This document shows, in pieces, positions 19,491-28,342 of a DNA stretch of 61,227 bases. The translations under genes were made by a program, and so were the position numbers. Source of the stretch: Candidatus Woesearchaeota archaeon (GTDB lineage Archaea; Nanobdellota; Nanobdellia; Pacearchaeales; GW2011-AR1). The stretch spans positions 46,214 through 107,440 of the forward strand of contig CAZCCD010000005.1 in assembly GCA_964497435.1 (NCBI GenBank), read 5' to 3'. Numbering within the stretch: the first letter of the stretch is position 1; each line of letters begins with the position of its first letter. The notes under the pieces were generated by a model. That model was not told the origin of the DNA, made no database searches, and saw nothing but the letters and a program-made list of their open reading frames with translations.

Positions 19491-19673
19491 TTGGCCAAAA
19501 AATATAGCATCAAAAAATTCCTGCTGGAAATTCCAGAAGAAATCTGGGAAAAATGGAAAGAAACTGTTCCAAGAGCTATTTCTTTAAATGAAGCATTAAT
19601 AGAGATGATTAAAAGAGAGGGAAAGAATTTACCTCTGTCCAAGCGCGGCCAGAGAAGAGGGAGTAAAAAATGA
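19491..19673 (+). CDS. small ribbon-helix-helix-like protein
   Basis: 60 aa with beta-alpha-alpha pattern KKFLLEIPEEIWEKWKETVPRAISLNEALIEMIKRE. ATGA overlap with the first gene of the surface cluster. Confidence 0.4.
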   Translation: MAKKYSIKKFLLEIPEEIWEKWKETVPRAISLNEALIEMIKREGKNLPLSKRGQRRGSKK

Positions 19674-20443
19674 TAAATAAAAACAATAAAGGCCAGGTAG
19701 CAATGTTTATAATAGTAGGGATTATGATAGTTTCAATAGTAATAATATTTATTTTATTGAGGAATGTTTCAAAGCCTGATTTGAGTTTAAGTCCTGACAA
19801 AAATCCAAATGCTTTTTTATCAAGCTGTTATAAAGACAACGTTGAAAAAAGTGTTGATTTACTGATGAAAAATGGCGGCTATATAAATCCGCCTTTATAC
19901 TTAGATTTTGAATTTGAAAATGAGGATGTTTCAAGGATTTCTTATCTTTGTTATTATGAAAACTATAATATGCCTTGTGTTAATCAAGAGCCAATGTTTA
20001 TACAACATTTAAAAGATGAAATAAAAAATTATATTAAAGACGATGTAAAAAATTGTTTTGATAATTTAGGGGTCAGCCTTGAAAATGATGGGTATGTTGT
20101 TCAGGCAGTTTATAGAGGATTTGATATTTCTCTAGATGAAAAGGGAGTGTCTATTGATATTATTGGGGAATTAACACTTACTAAATCAGGGGAAACTGGC
20201 AAGGAAACTGGTTTTGGAACAAGAATTTCATCTAATCTTTATAATTTAGCAATTGTTTCACAAAGAATAGTAAACGATGAAGTTAGAAATTGTGATTTTG
20301 ATTACATAAATTATATGACTATTTATCCTGAATATGACATAGACAAAGTGATAACTCTAGATAAGACTAAGATTTATACAATTAAACAGGCAGATTCTGA
20401 AGAATTCTTTAGATTTGCTGTAAGAGGATGTGTCTATGGTTAA
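19670..20443 (+). CDS. pilin-like protein (class III signal-like N-terminus), paralog of 23544-24308
   Basis: MINKNNKGQVAMFIIVGIMIVSIVIIF, then a globular Cys-containing domain collinear with the 23544 protein (SC..D......L...GG......YLCY......C..Q.P). Confidence 0.55.
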   Translation: MINKNNKGQVAMFIIVGIMIVSIVIIFILLRNVSKPDLSLSPDKNPNAFLSSCYKDNVEKSVDLLMKNGGYINPPLYLDFEFENEDVSRISYLCYYENYNMPCVNQEPMFIQHLKDEIKNYIKDDVKNCFDNLGVSLENDGYVVQAVYRGFDISLDEKGVSIDIIGELTLTKSGETGKETGFGTRISSNLYNLAIVSQRIVNDEVRNCDFDYINYMTIYPEYDIDKVITLDKTKIYTIKQADSEEFFRFAVRGCVYG

Positions 20444-23400
20444 TGTAAAATTTTTATTGAGCATATTTATCTTGATTTCTTTAATAGGAATTACAGATTC
20501 TGTTTTATTGCAAACTGGTTGCTGTGAAAAAACAACAAAAAATGCATGGTGCCAAGATGGGCCTGTTGACTGTGCTTCTGGATACAGAACAAATTCAAAT
20601 ATTTGCGAGGAAACAAATTTTTGTCAGACAGGATATTGCTATGATGTAAGTGAGGGAATATGTGAATCTGGCTCTACAAGCAAAAGATGTGATGAAAAAG
20701 GAGGCCAATTTTTCAGGAATTATGATGAACAATTATGTCAGGAAGGATGTTGTTATCGTGGAAAAAACACTGATTATGTAACTGAATCAAGATGCAATAT
20801 ATTGGCTAAAAGAGCAAGCTTTCCTGATCCTGTATGGGATTCATCAGTTTCTGAAGAAGCGTGTAGATTTTTAAGTGAAGAAGAAGGAGCTTGCGTTATT
20901 GATGAAAGATGTATATTCACGACTGAAAAAGAATGTGTAGAAATGTTTAATGGAGAAATTAATCTTGGAAGATTTTGTTCTGACTTAAACAACGATTATG
21001 AAAAAAAAGATCATAAAGAGTGTTATAACGGAGATGTTTATTGGTATGATTCTGGAGGAAACAGGGAAAATGTAGCTGAGGATTGTGTAGAAGGAGAATC
21101 CATATGCAAGCTGCAAGGAGGAGATTATACTTGCAAGGATATAACTTGTTTTGATGAAAAAAATGACAAAATAAGAAAACATGGAGAGAGTTGGTGTGAA
21201 TATGAAGGATATATAGGAGAAAGTAGATCCTTAGTAGGAAGTGAGCAATGCAAATTAGCCTGTGTCAATGGAGAGATAGAAGTTGAGTGCAGTGATAAAA
21301 GAACAAAATTATGCGCTGAAAATATAACTAATGGAAAATCTAATGCTGTAATGAGAAACAATCTTGCCATGGATTGCTTTAATATAAAGTATTATGACGA
21401 ATGCAACAATCACCCTGATTGTAAATATACTTCTTTTTTTACTGCTGGTTGGTTTAATGTCGGAATGTGTGTTCCAAAATATCCTCTTGGTATTGATTTT
21501 AAATCTGAAAATCCTAAGTATAATGGAGAGAACATATGTGCTTTAGGAAATTTAAGATGTTGGGTTGCAGTAAAACCAGGATTTCCTGATCCTAGAGATT
21601 ATAATATTGGAGAATGGACTGCTAATATTGAATGCACTGGCCCTGAATTTATAAGAGATATGAATTATCTTTGCACTTCTATTGGAGATTGTGGAATGGA
21701 GATAAATTATGTTGGAGTCAAAACAACAAATTATCAGACAATTGATAATATGTGGCAGGGGGTAAATTACAGGGTAATGGAACCTTATGATGAAGGATTC
21801 TCTGGAGGATTACATGAAGTGTGCGAAGATTATGTCAAAAGAGTTCTTAGAGGAGATGAAGGAGGTTCTTGGAAAGAATGGTATTTTTGGTTATGTAGGC
21901 AATATTTAAACGCTAATATTGGATTACCATCAACCTGGGATACCGGAGTTCCAGCATATTGGAATGTCAGTGATTTTCTAAAAAAAGAAAATCCTCAAGA
22001 TGTTCTTCCAGAATATTTCTTGACAAATAGAAATCCAAGTTTTTTAGGAACTAAGTACATAAATGTTATATACAAACCACAAGAATGGGACAAGATTTTA
22101 GCTATAGACTTTAGATGCAACCCATGGCAGCCTCCTTTTGGAGGAAGAGACTGCAACAAATGTAATGAAGGAGATATTCCTTGCAATGATTACAGATGCA
22201 ATGCTCTCGGACAAACATGCAAAATATTAGATGACACGAGATATAGTGAAAATCCTATATGCATAAGTGAAATTCCTCCAGAATTTAGAGCTCCTGAAAT
22301 AACATTTAAAGAATCTCCTGGATATAAAGGAGAGGAATTTGTAAATGGAGTAAAAATAACAAATCTAGATGGCAGTTGCATTGAAAAGCATAGCGATATA
22401 TCTATTGTCCTTGAAACAGATGAAAGAGCTAAATGTGCATTTGTATTAAATTCAAGCGAGCTTCTTCAGGCATTAGAAAATGAAAAAAGATATAACACAA
22501 CCCATCAAATAGATATTAGATTAAGTTTTGATGATAGATTGAGGATTTACACTTCTTGCCAGGATGTTTATGGAACCAGAAATACTGCAGAATATGTAAC
22601 TGATATCTGCATAAGTCCTGAAGCAGATAATAAAGAGCCAGGAATAGAAAGGTTTGAACCAGAAGATGGAAGCTTTATTCCTTTAGAGCAGACAAACCTA
22701 TCTCTAAATATTATTTTAAAAGAGCCTGCTGAATGCAAATATGAGAGATTCCCTTTCTCTTCTTATGATGAAATGACAGGTTTAATGTCTTGCAATAAAG
22801 ACCAAGAAGGATATGTAGAAAGATTTTGTTTAACAACTCTTGAGGGTTTAGACCAGGATGAAAATAAGATTTATATAAAATGCAGAGATTTAGCTGGAAA
22901 TACAAATATAGAAGATAAAATTTACACTGTTTACGCAACAAAAGAGCCATTATTAATCGAGGCTGTTTCTCCTTTAAATGGAGAAATATTAAAAAGGCCT
23001 GTAAACAGGGAAAATCCTCTTGACCTTGAAATAAAAACTTCTGGAGGAGCCTATAATGGAAATGCAGAATGTGGCTATGTTTTTGTTGAGCAAGGATGGA
23101 GTGATAATGATTTGCCTACAGAAACAGGAACAATTTCTCATAAATACAGATTCACTAACTTAGAAGAAGGGAGTTATAATGTTAAGGTTTCGTGCAATGA
23201 TAAAGCAGGAAATACAGCAGAAACAATAATCAGTTTTTCAATAGAGGTTGATGAAACACCTCCTAAAGTCGTAAGAGTATTCAAAGATGGCTCGAGATTA
23301 AAGATAATAACTGATGAAGAAGCAAGATGTTATTATAATAATATAAATGCCTGCACACCTTTTGAATTAGATGAAAGAGGGACTATGACACAAGGAACTT

Positions 23401-23519
23401 CATCCTTTTCAAAAAACCATTCTGCAAATTGGGATGAAAGTAAGACTTATTATATAAAGTGCAAAGACCAATTTGGTAATTCAAATAACGGATGTGCAAT
23501 AATTGTAAAACCAAGCTAA
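20430..23519 (+). CDS. giant Cys-rich secreted protein (1029 aa) with C-terminal beta-sandwich repeats
   Basis: Signal or anchor, CCEKTTKNAWCQ, dozens of Cys, CNKCNEGDIPCNDYRCNALGQTC, and repeated ..Y.KC.D..GN.. modules. Its N half is paralogous to 24590 and its C half to 27182+28343. Confidence 0.7.
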   Translation: MSMVNVKFLLSIFILISLIGITDSVLLQTGCCEKTTKNAWCQDGPVDCASGYRTNSNICEETNFCQTGYCYDVSEGICESGSTSKRCDEKGGQFFRNYDEQLCQEGCCYRGKNTDYVTESRCNILAKRASFPDPVWDSSVSEEACRFLSEEEGACVIDERCIFTTEKECVEMFNGEINLGRFCSDLNNDYEKKDHKECYNGDVYWYDSGGNRENVAEDCVEGESICKLQGGDYTCKDITCFDEKNDKIRKHGESWCEYEGYIGESRSLVGSEQCKLACVNGEIEVECSDKRTKLCAENITNGKSNAVMRNNLAMDCFNIKYYDECNNHPDCKYTSFFTAGWFNVGMCVPKYPLGIDFKSENPKYNGENICALGNLRCWVAVKPGFPDPRDYNIGEWTANIECTGPEFIRDMNYLCTSIGDCGMEINYVGVKTTNYQTIDNMWQGVNYRVMEPYDEGFSGGLHEVCEDYVKRVLRGDEGGSWKEWYFWLCRQYLNANIGLPSTWDTGVPAYWNVSDFLKKENPQDVLPEYFLTNRNPSFLGTKYINVIYKPQEWDKILAIDFRCNPWQPPFGGRDCNKCNEGDIPCNDYRCNALGQTCKILDDTRYSENPICISEIPPEFRAPEITFKESPGYKGEEFVNGVKITNLDGSCIEKHSDISIVLETDERAKCAFVLNSSELLQALENEKRYNTTHQIDIRLSFDDRLRIYTSCQDVYGTRNTAEYVTDICISPEADNKEPGIERFEPEDGSFIPLEQTNLSLNIILKEPAECKYERFPFSSYDEMTGLMSCNKDQEGYVERFCLTTLEGLDQDENKIYIKCRDLAGNTNIEDKIYTVYATKEPLLIEAVSPLNGEILKRPVNRENPLDLEIKTSGGAYNGNAECGYVFVEQGWSDNDLPTETGTISHKYRFTNLEEGSYNVKVSCNDKAGNTAETIISFSIEVDETPPKVVRVFKDGSRLKIITDEEARCYYNNINACTPFELDERGTMTQGTSSFSKNHSANWDESKTYYIKCKDQFGNSNNGCAIIVKPS

Positions 23520-23543
23520 ATTTATAAACATGCAACGCTTAAG

Positions 23544-24308
23544 ATGGATATGAAAAAAGATGTGAAGGGGCAGACAACAATTTTTATAATAATAGGAATA
23601 ATAATCGTTGCATTAGCTGTCTTAATTTATTTTTTATATCCAAAAATAAGAACTGGAGTTGGAGGAGTTGAAAATCCATACACTTTTATACAAAGCTGTT
23701 TGGAAGATAAAATTACTGATGTTGTTGACATTTTATCTTTAACAGGCGGAAGTGTTTCTCCTGTGCATTATATAATTTACAACGGAGAAAAAATAGAGTA
23801 TCTTTGTTATACAAATGAATATTATAAGACTTGTGTAATGCAGCAGCCATTCTTAAAAGAGCATATAGAAGAGGAAATTAGAAAAGAAATAAACATAGAG
23901 AGTGGAAAATGCTTTGACAATTTAAAGAAAAGTTATGAAAACAAAGGTTATAGTATTGAGCTAAGAAGAGGCTCTATGGCTGTTGAATTACTGCCAAAGA
24001 GAATAGTGGTAAATTTCAATAATACAATGACTGCAACGAAAGACAGCACAGAAAAATATGAATCATTTAGAGTGATTGTGAACAACAATCTTTATGAATT
24101 TGTAAGTATAGCTAATAGCATATTAAATTGGGAAGCAAGATACGGTGATGCTGAAACAACTCTTTATATGACATATTATAAGGATTTGAAAGTTGAAAAA
24201 AAAGTCCAGGAAGACGGCTCGACAATATATATTTTAACTGACAGAAACAATGGAAATAAATTTCAGTTTGCATCAAGGAGTGTTGCATGGCCTCCAGGAT
24301 ATGGATAA
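23544..24308 (+). CDS. pilin-like protein (class III signal-like N-terminus), paralog of 19670-20443
   Basis: MDMKKDVKGQTTIFIIIGIIIVALAVLIYF. Collinear similarity to the 19670 protein. Confidence 0.55.
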   Translation: MDMKKDVKGQTTIFIIIGIIIVALAVLIYFLYPKIRTGVGGVENPYTFIQSCLEDKITDVVDILSLTGGSVSPVHYIIYNGEKIEYLCYTNEYYKTCVMQQPFLKEHIEEEIRKEINIESGKCFDNLKKSYENKGYSIELRRGSMAVELLPKRIVVNFNNTMTATKDSTEKYESFRVIVNNNLYEFVSIANSILNWEARYGDAETTLYMTYYKDLKVEKKVQEDGSTIYILTDRNNGNKFQFASRSVAWPPGYG

Positions 24309-24615
24309 GATGAAAAATATAGAAATGAAAGTTGGCGTTCCTCTATTGATTGTAATAGGTTTTGGAGGATATACTATTGGGGGGGGTTTTGGATCAAGAG
24401 GAACAAATAAAGTTTACGAATTTAGTTACTTAGAAAAACCTGCCGCGATTGTTAAAGAAGATATAAAATTAGGGCCAGATAGATATTATGCTATATTAGA
24501 TAATGGAGATATAATAAGAACAGAGATAACTAGTGATGAAGGTAATAAAATTAGCTTTACAGGATTATTTGGATCTGAGTATTACATAAATGGAGTTAGA
24601 CAAGATGATAAATAA
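24301..24615 (+). CDS. small single-TM protein
   Basis: In-frame ATG at 24301 overlaps the upstream stop (ATGGATAA). VGVPLLIVIGFGGYTIGGGF TM segment. Confidence 0.4.
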   Translation: MDKMKNIEMKVGVPLLIVIGFGGYTIGGGFGSRGTNKVYEFSYLEKPAAIVKEDIKLGPDRYYAILDNGDIIRTEITSDEGNKISFTGLFGSEYYINGVRQDDK

Positions 24616-26296
24616 AAAAATAATTTTAATGCTGATGCTTGTAATCTTTTTAATTGGCCTTGTCAATGTCCAAAAAGTAAATGCTGTCGGCGAAGTCTCT
24701 TTCTGCTGTGAGAAAACAAAAGCAGGGGCTTATTGTTTAAATGCCCCTGAAAATGAATGCGACACTTCAATAGATCCTGTTACAAAAAATGCTTATAGAA
24801 AAGTTCCGACAAACTGCGAGGCAACTAATTACTGCAAGCTTGGAACATGTATAAATTCAAGGCAAGGAATTTGCATGGAAAACACTCCTTTAAGAATATG
24901 TGATAATACTAAAGGATTATGGAAGCCAGAAGAGCCTGAAGAAATCCCTCAATGTGCATTAGGATGCTGTTTAATTGGAGATCAGGCAGCTTTTGTCACA
25001 CAAACAAGATGTAAAACTCTTTCTTCTCAATATGGACTTGAGATTAATTTTAGAGCAGATATAACTGATGAAGCAGAATGCATTGCTGCAGCATCTTCGA
25101 GTGTAAAGGGAGCTTGTGTTTTTGACAAAGAGTTTGAAAGGACCTGTAAAATATTAAGCCAGAAAGAATGCAAAAAATTAGAAGGAAGTGTTGAGAATGT
25201 TGAATTTCACGATGGGTTTTTATGCACTGCAGAAGAGCTTGCAACTAATTGTGCTCCGACAAAAAAAACAACTTGTATAGAAGGAGGAGATGAAGTCTTT
25301 TTCCTCGATTCATGTGGGAATTTAGCTAATATATATGACTCAACAAAATATGAAAATGATAGGCCAGACAGAGAATACTGGACAAGGATTAAAGATAAAG
25401 GTGAAAGCTGCAATCCAAATTCTCCAAATGGAAATGCTGGCTCTGCCTCATGCGGAAACTGTGATTATCTTCTTGGAAGTGTTTGTAAAAAATATGACAG
25501 AACAGAAGATATAACAAATCCTAAATTAGGAAATAATATTTGTAGAGATTTATCCTGTAATTATGAAGGAAATAGATATGAACATGGAGAAACCTGGTGT
25601 GCAACAAATGGTGTAGAAAATGTTCCTGGAAGCGAGAGTTTCAGGCTTGTTTGCTATGCTAATGAAGTGACTATAGAGCCGTGCGCTGCATTTAGAGGAG
25701 AGAGATGCATCCAAGACAATGAAAGAGGATTTAGTTTTGCTGCGTGCAGGGTAAACAGATGGAGAGATTGTATTGCACAAACAACAGAAAAAAATTGTTT
25801 GAATGAAGATAAAAGAGATTGTCAATGGATAAATTCTGGAAATTTAAGGGCTGATTTAAACGAGGAAAAAACTAAAGAGCTTGCAGAGAAATTAAGTGAT
25901 GCTGCAAAAGATGGAGATATTTATGAGCCAAGCCAATATTATCAGTTTGTCTGTGTCCCAAAATATTCTCCTGGTTATGATTTTTGGCAGGCTGAAAGCG
26001 ACGCTGTTGATATCTGTTCCCTAGGAAATGCTCAAGGAAAAGTATTTTACAAGGCAGATAATGTTTTTGACACTCCCGACCAAAACCTAGAAGATTGTGA
26101 CCAAGGATGTTATTTCATATCAGATAAAGGAGTCTGGAGCCAGGATGCGTTCAATTGGGTCGCTCAAAAAAATAATCTCTGTATTAATCTAGGAGATTGC
26201 GGGGACAAGAATAATTTCCTTGATGTGTTTGGATTTAATCATGGAGAAGATCCTGTGACTTGTGATGGAGATCCAGAAGCATGTGAATGGAAATAA
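24590..26296 (+). CDS. Cys-rich secreted protein, paralog of the N-terminal half of 20430-23519
   Basis: Signal peptide and FCCEKTKAGAYC. Collinear blocks (HGETWC, CVPKYSPGYDF, NLGDCG). The start may be the ATG at 24605. Confidence 0.7.
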   Translation: MELDKMINKKIILMLMLVIFLIGLVNVQKVNAVGEVSFCCEKTKAGAYCLNAPENECDTSIDPVTKNAYRKVPTNCEATNYCKLGTCINSRQGICMENTPLRICDNTKGLWKPEEPEEIPQCALGCCLIGDQAAFVTQTRCKTLSSQYGLEINFRADITDEAECIAAASSSVKGACVFDKEFERTCKILSQKECKKLEGSVENVEFHDGFLCTAEELATNCAPTKKTTCIEGGDEVFFLDSCGNLANIYDSTKYENDRPDREYWTRIKDKGESCNPNSPNGNAGSASCGNCDYLLGSVCKKYDRTEDITNPKLGNNICRDLSCNYEGNRYEHGETWCATNGVENVPGSESFRLVCYANEVTIEPCAAFRGERCIQDNERGFSFAACRVNRWRDCIAQTTEKNCLNEDKRDCQWINSGNLRADLNEEKTKELAEKLSDAAKDGDIYEPSQYYQFVCVPKYSPGYDFWQAESDAVDICSLGNAQGKVFYKADNVFDTPDQNLEDCDQGCYFISDKGVWSQDAFNWVAQKNNLCINLGDCGDKNNFLDVFGFNHGEDPVTCDGDPEACEWK

Positions 26297-26362
26297 GTAG
26301 TAATTAAAAAATAGTAACATTTAAAAATAAAACAAACAAAGTAAAAACATGGTAAAAAACTT

Positions 26363-26416
26363 TCCTCAAAGGCAACAAAAGAAAGTTGTTTGAGGGATCA
26401 AAAACCGTAGGTTTTT
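26363..26416 (+). mobile_element. 54-nt hairpin/palindrome leader cassette inserted at the start codon of 26420
   Basis: Bracketed by an exact 17-nt duplication aacatggtaaaaaactt (26346-26362 and 26417-26433) that contains the ATG. About 80% identical over ~50 nt to the L37Ae leader. Confidence 0.5.
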
Positions 26417-26419
26417 AAC

Positions 26420-27172
26420 ATGGTAAAAAACTTAGCAAGATTGGTTGGGGCAGGATTTTTAGTTGGAAGTAGTTTTCTTCCAGCTTATGCTGATGAAAAG
26501 GAAAAAAAAGCTGATGAAAAAATATTTCAAGGAACTATTATTGAATGGGGTGGAAGGCAAAAATCAGGAAAACTTGGTAGATTATTCGAAATAGGTGGAG
26601 GTTTGTTAAGAGGACAAGGAGAAAGAGAGCATGAAAGAATTGTTGCTCGTGAAAGTGCTGATAAAACTAACCTAATTATTGTAAATGGAAAATATTATCC
26701 TGCTCCTGGTTATGATTGGGCTGATAAAAATGATCCAGATAATTATGAGGTTGTAAGAGAAATTACTAACGAAAAAAATATTCCAAGAGATGACCTTAAT
26801 CCTACAAGTATAATAAAACATTTTGCTTGCAGTAGATGGGATGATAATGGAAATAATATTCCTAGTTTAGATGAGTTTAAAGAAAGAAAACTTGTGTTTA
26901 GAAGAGGTGAACCTATAATAATTGCAGCTTCAATTGAATCAGAAAGTGCAAGAGGAAAAAAAATAACAGCAAAGATATATTCTTCAAGAGGGCAAATAGC
27001 AGATCAGGACTGGACAATAATAGGAAATCCTTTTTGTGCGACACTTGGTCATGAAAATAGTTACGACTTTTCTGCTTGGTTGTTTGATAGAGGAGGAGCT
27101 GGCGAGTATCAAGTAAGATGGTGGTATAAAGGAGATATAATAGGGCTAACAGATTTCACAATAACAGAGTAA
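26420..27172 (+). CDS. secreted hypothetical protein
   Basis: Signal peptide LVGAGFLVGSSFLPAYA. 250 aa. No recognised domain. Confidence 0.55.
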   Translation: MVKNLARLVGAGFLVGSSFLPAYADEKEKKADEKIFQGTIIEWGGRQKSGKLGRLFEIGGGLLRGQGEREHERIVARESADKTNLIIVNGKYYPAPGYDWADKNDPDNYEVVREITNEKNIPRDDLNPTSIIKHFACSRWDDNGNNIPSLDEFKERKLVFRRGEPIIIAASIESESARGKKITAKIYSSRGQIADQDWTIIGNPFCATLGHENSYDFSAWLFDRGGAGEYQVRWWYKGDIIGLTDFTITE

Positions 27173-27181
27173 AAACTTAAA

Positions 27182-28321
27182 ATGCAAAAAAAAGTGGTGA
27201 AGAAAAAAAGAGAAAGTGAACTTTCTACTAGCTCGCCTAGACGTAGTCAAGCTAAAGGGATGGTGATAAGCCAGTTAATGATTTTATTAATTGGAATTTT
27301 TGCATTTGCATACATTCTTAGTGAGATAAACTTAGTGGGTGCGGTAGGTGAAGAAGGAGAAGATGAACCTCCTGCTGAAAAACCTGCTCCTTCTACAACA
27401 TTTAATCCTGTGCCTTTTGTTTTTACTCTTAAAGGTGTTGAAAAAATTACACCTAACCAAAAAATAATCAGTGAGGCAGGAAAGGCTGTTGGAGAAAGTG
27501 CAGTAGAAGAATCTGCAAAATTCGGCTTTAAAACAATACTTAAAAATGCAGCAGTTGCATCAACAATATTCTTTGCTATACAACTTCTTGGTCCTTTAAT
27601 AACAAGCGATAGGGGAGCAATAAACATTATATCAACAGCAGCCTCAATAGGATATTTTACAGCAAGCACTTTATCTGCAAAAGCTGTGGCTGCAAAACTG
27701 CCTGGATTTTTAGGAGATAAGACAGGAGTTCTAGGTTTAACATGGGGGGCTGCGATTATAACTATAGGAGTTATTGCAGTCATTGTAATCTGGGGGTTTA
27801 AGAAAACAGCTGAAGAAACTGTTCAGTATTCTTGTTTTGTCTGGGATGCTCCTCTCGGAGGAAATGATTGTGATAAATGCAATCAAGGAAGTCTTCCTTG
27901 CACAGAATACATGTGCAAAAGTCTAGGACAAAGCTGCGAGTTAATAAATAAAGGAACAGGAGAAGAAAAATGTGTCTGGCTGAATAAAGACGATGTAAGG
28001 CCTCCTGAAATAAGGCCATGGAATGATGCTTTATTAAATAGCGACTATAAATATAAAGAAGATACAGCAATCTCTCCTCCAGACAGAGGAGTATTTATAA
28101 GATATAAAGAAGGTTGTATCCAGGCTTTTACACCTTTCAAATTTGGAATAACATTAGATGAACCTGCAAGATGCAAGATAAGTCCTGATAGAAAAAGAAC
28201 ATTCGATGAGATGTCTTTAAGTTTCGGAGGAAGCAGCACAGCAAAATACAATCACAGCATGGAAATTGTTTTGCCAAGCAAAGAGTCTTTAGAAGCTGAA
28301 AATATAACTCTTCAAAATTGA
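27182..28321 (+). CDS. membrane/Cys-knot part of a split paralog of 20430-23519 (ends at an in-frame TGA)
   Basis: AKGMVISQLMILLIGIFAF, three more TM segments, then CDKCNQGSLPCTEYMCKSLGQSC matching CNKCNEGDIPCNDYRCNALGQTC. Same frame as 28343-29362. Confidence 0.6.
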   Translation: MQKKVVKKKRESELSTSSPRRSQAKGMVISQLMILLIGIFAFAYILSEINLVGAVGEEGEDEPPAEKPAPSTTFNPVPFVFTLKGVEKITPNQKIISEAGKAVGESAVEESAKFGFKTILKNAAVASTIFFAIQLLGPLITSDRGAINIISTAASIGYFTASTLSAKAVAAKLPGFLGDKTGVLGLTWGAAIITIGVIAVIVIWGFKKTAEETVQYSCFVWDAPLGGNDCDKCNQGSLPCTEYMCKSLGQSCELINKGTGEEKCVWLNKDDVRPPEIRPWNDALLNSDYKYKEDTAISPPDRGVFIRYKEGCIQAFTPFKFGITLDEPARCKISPDRKRTFDEMSLSFGGSSTAKYNHSMEIVLPSKESLEAENITLQN

Positions 28322-28342
28322 GGATTATTTAATTTATATGTT

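Noticed and set aside
28319-28321. Genome-wide TGA reassignment (code 4/25-like) as the explanation for the in-frame TGA.
   Set aside because: TGA terminates other well-delimited genes here (for example 29360-29362, 34939-34941, 35308-35310, 12079-12081) at positions consistent with paralogs and gene junctions. A global recoding is therefore unlikely. A local nonsense mutation or readthrough remains possible.
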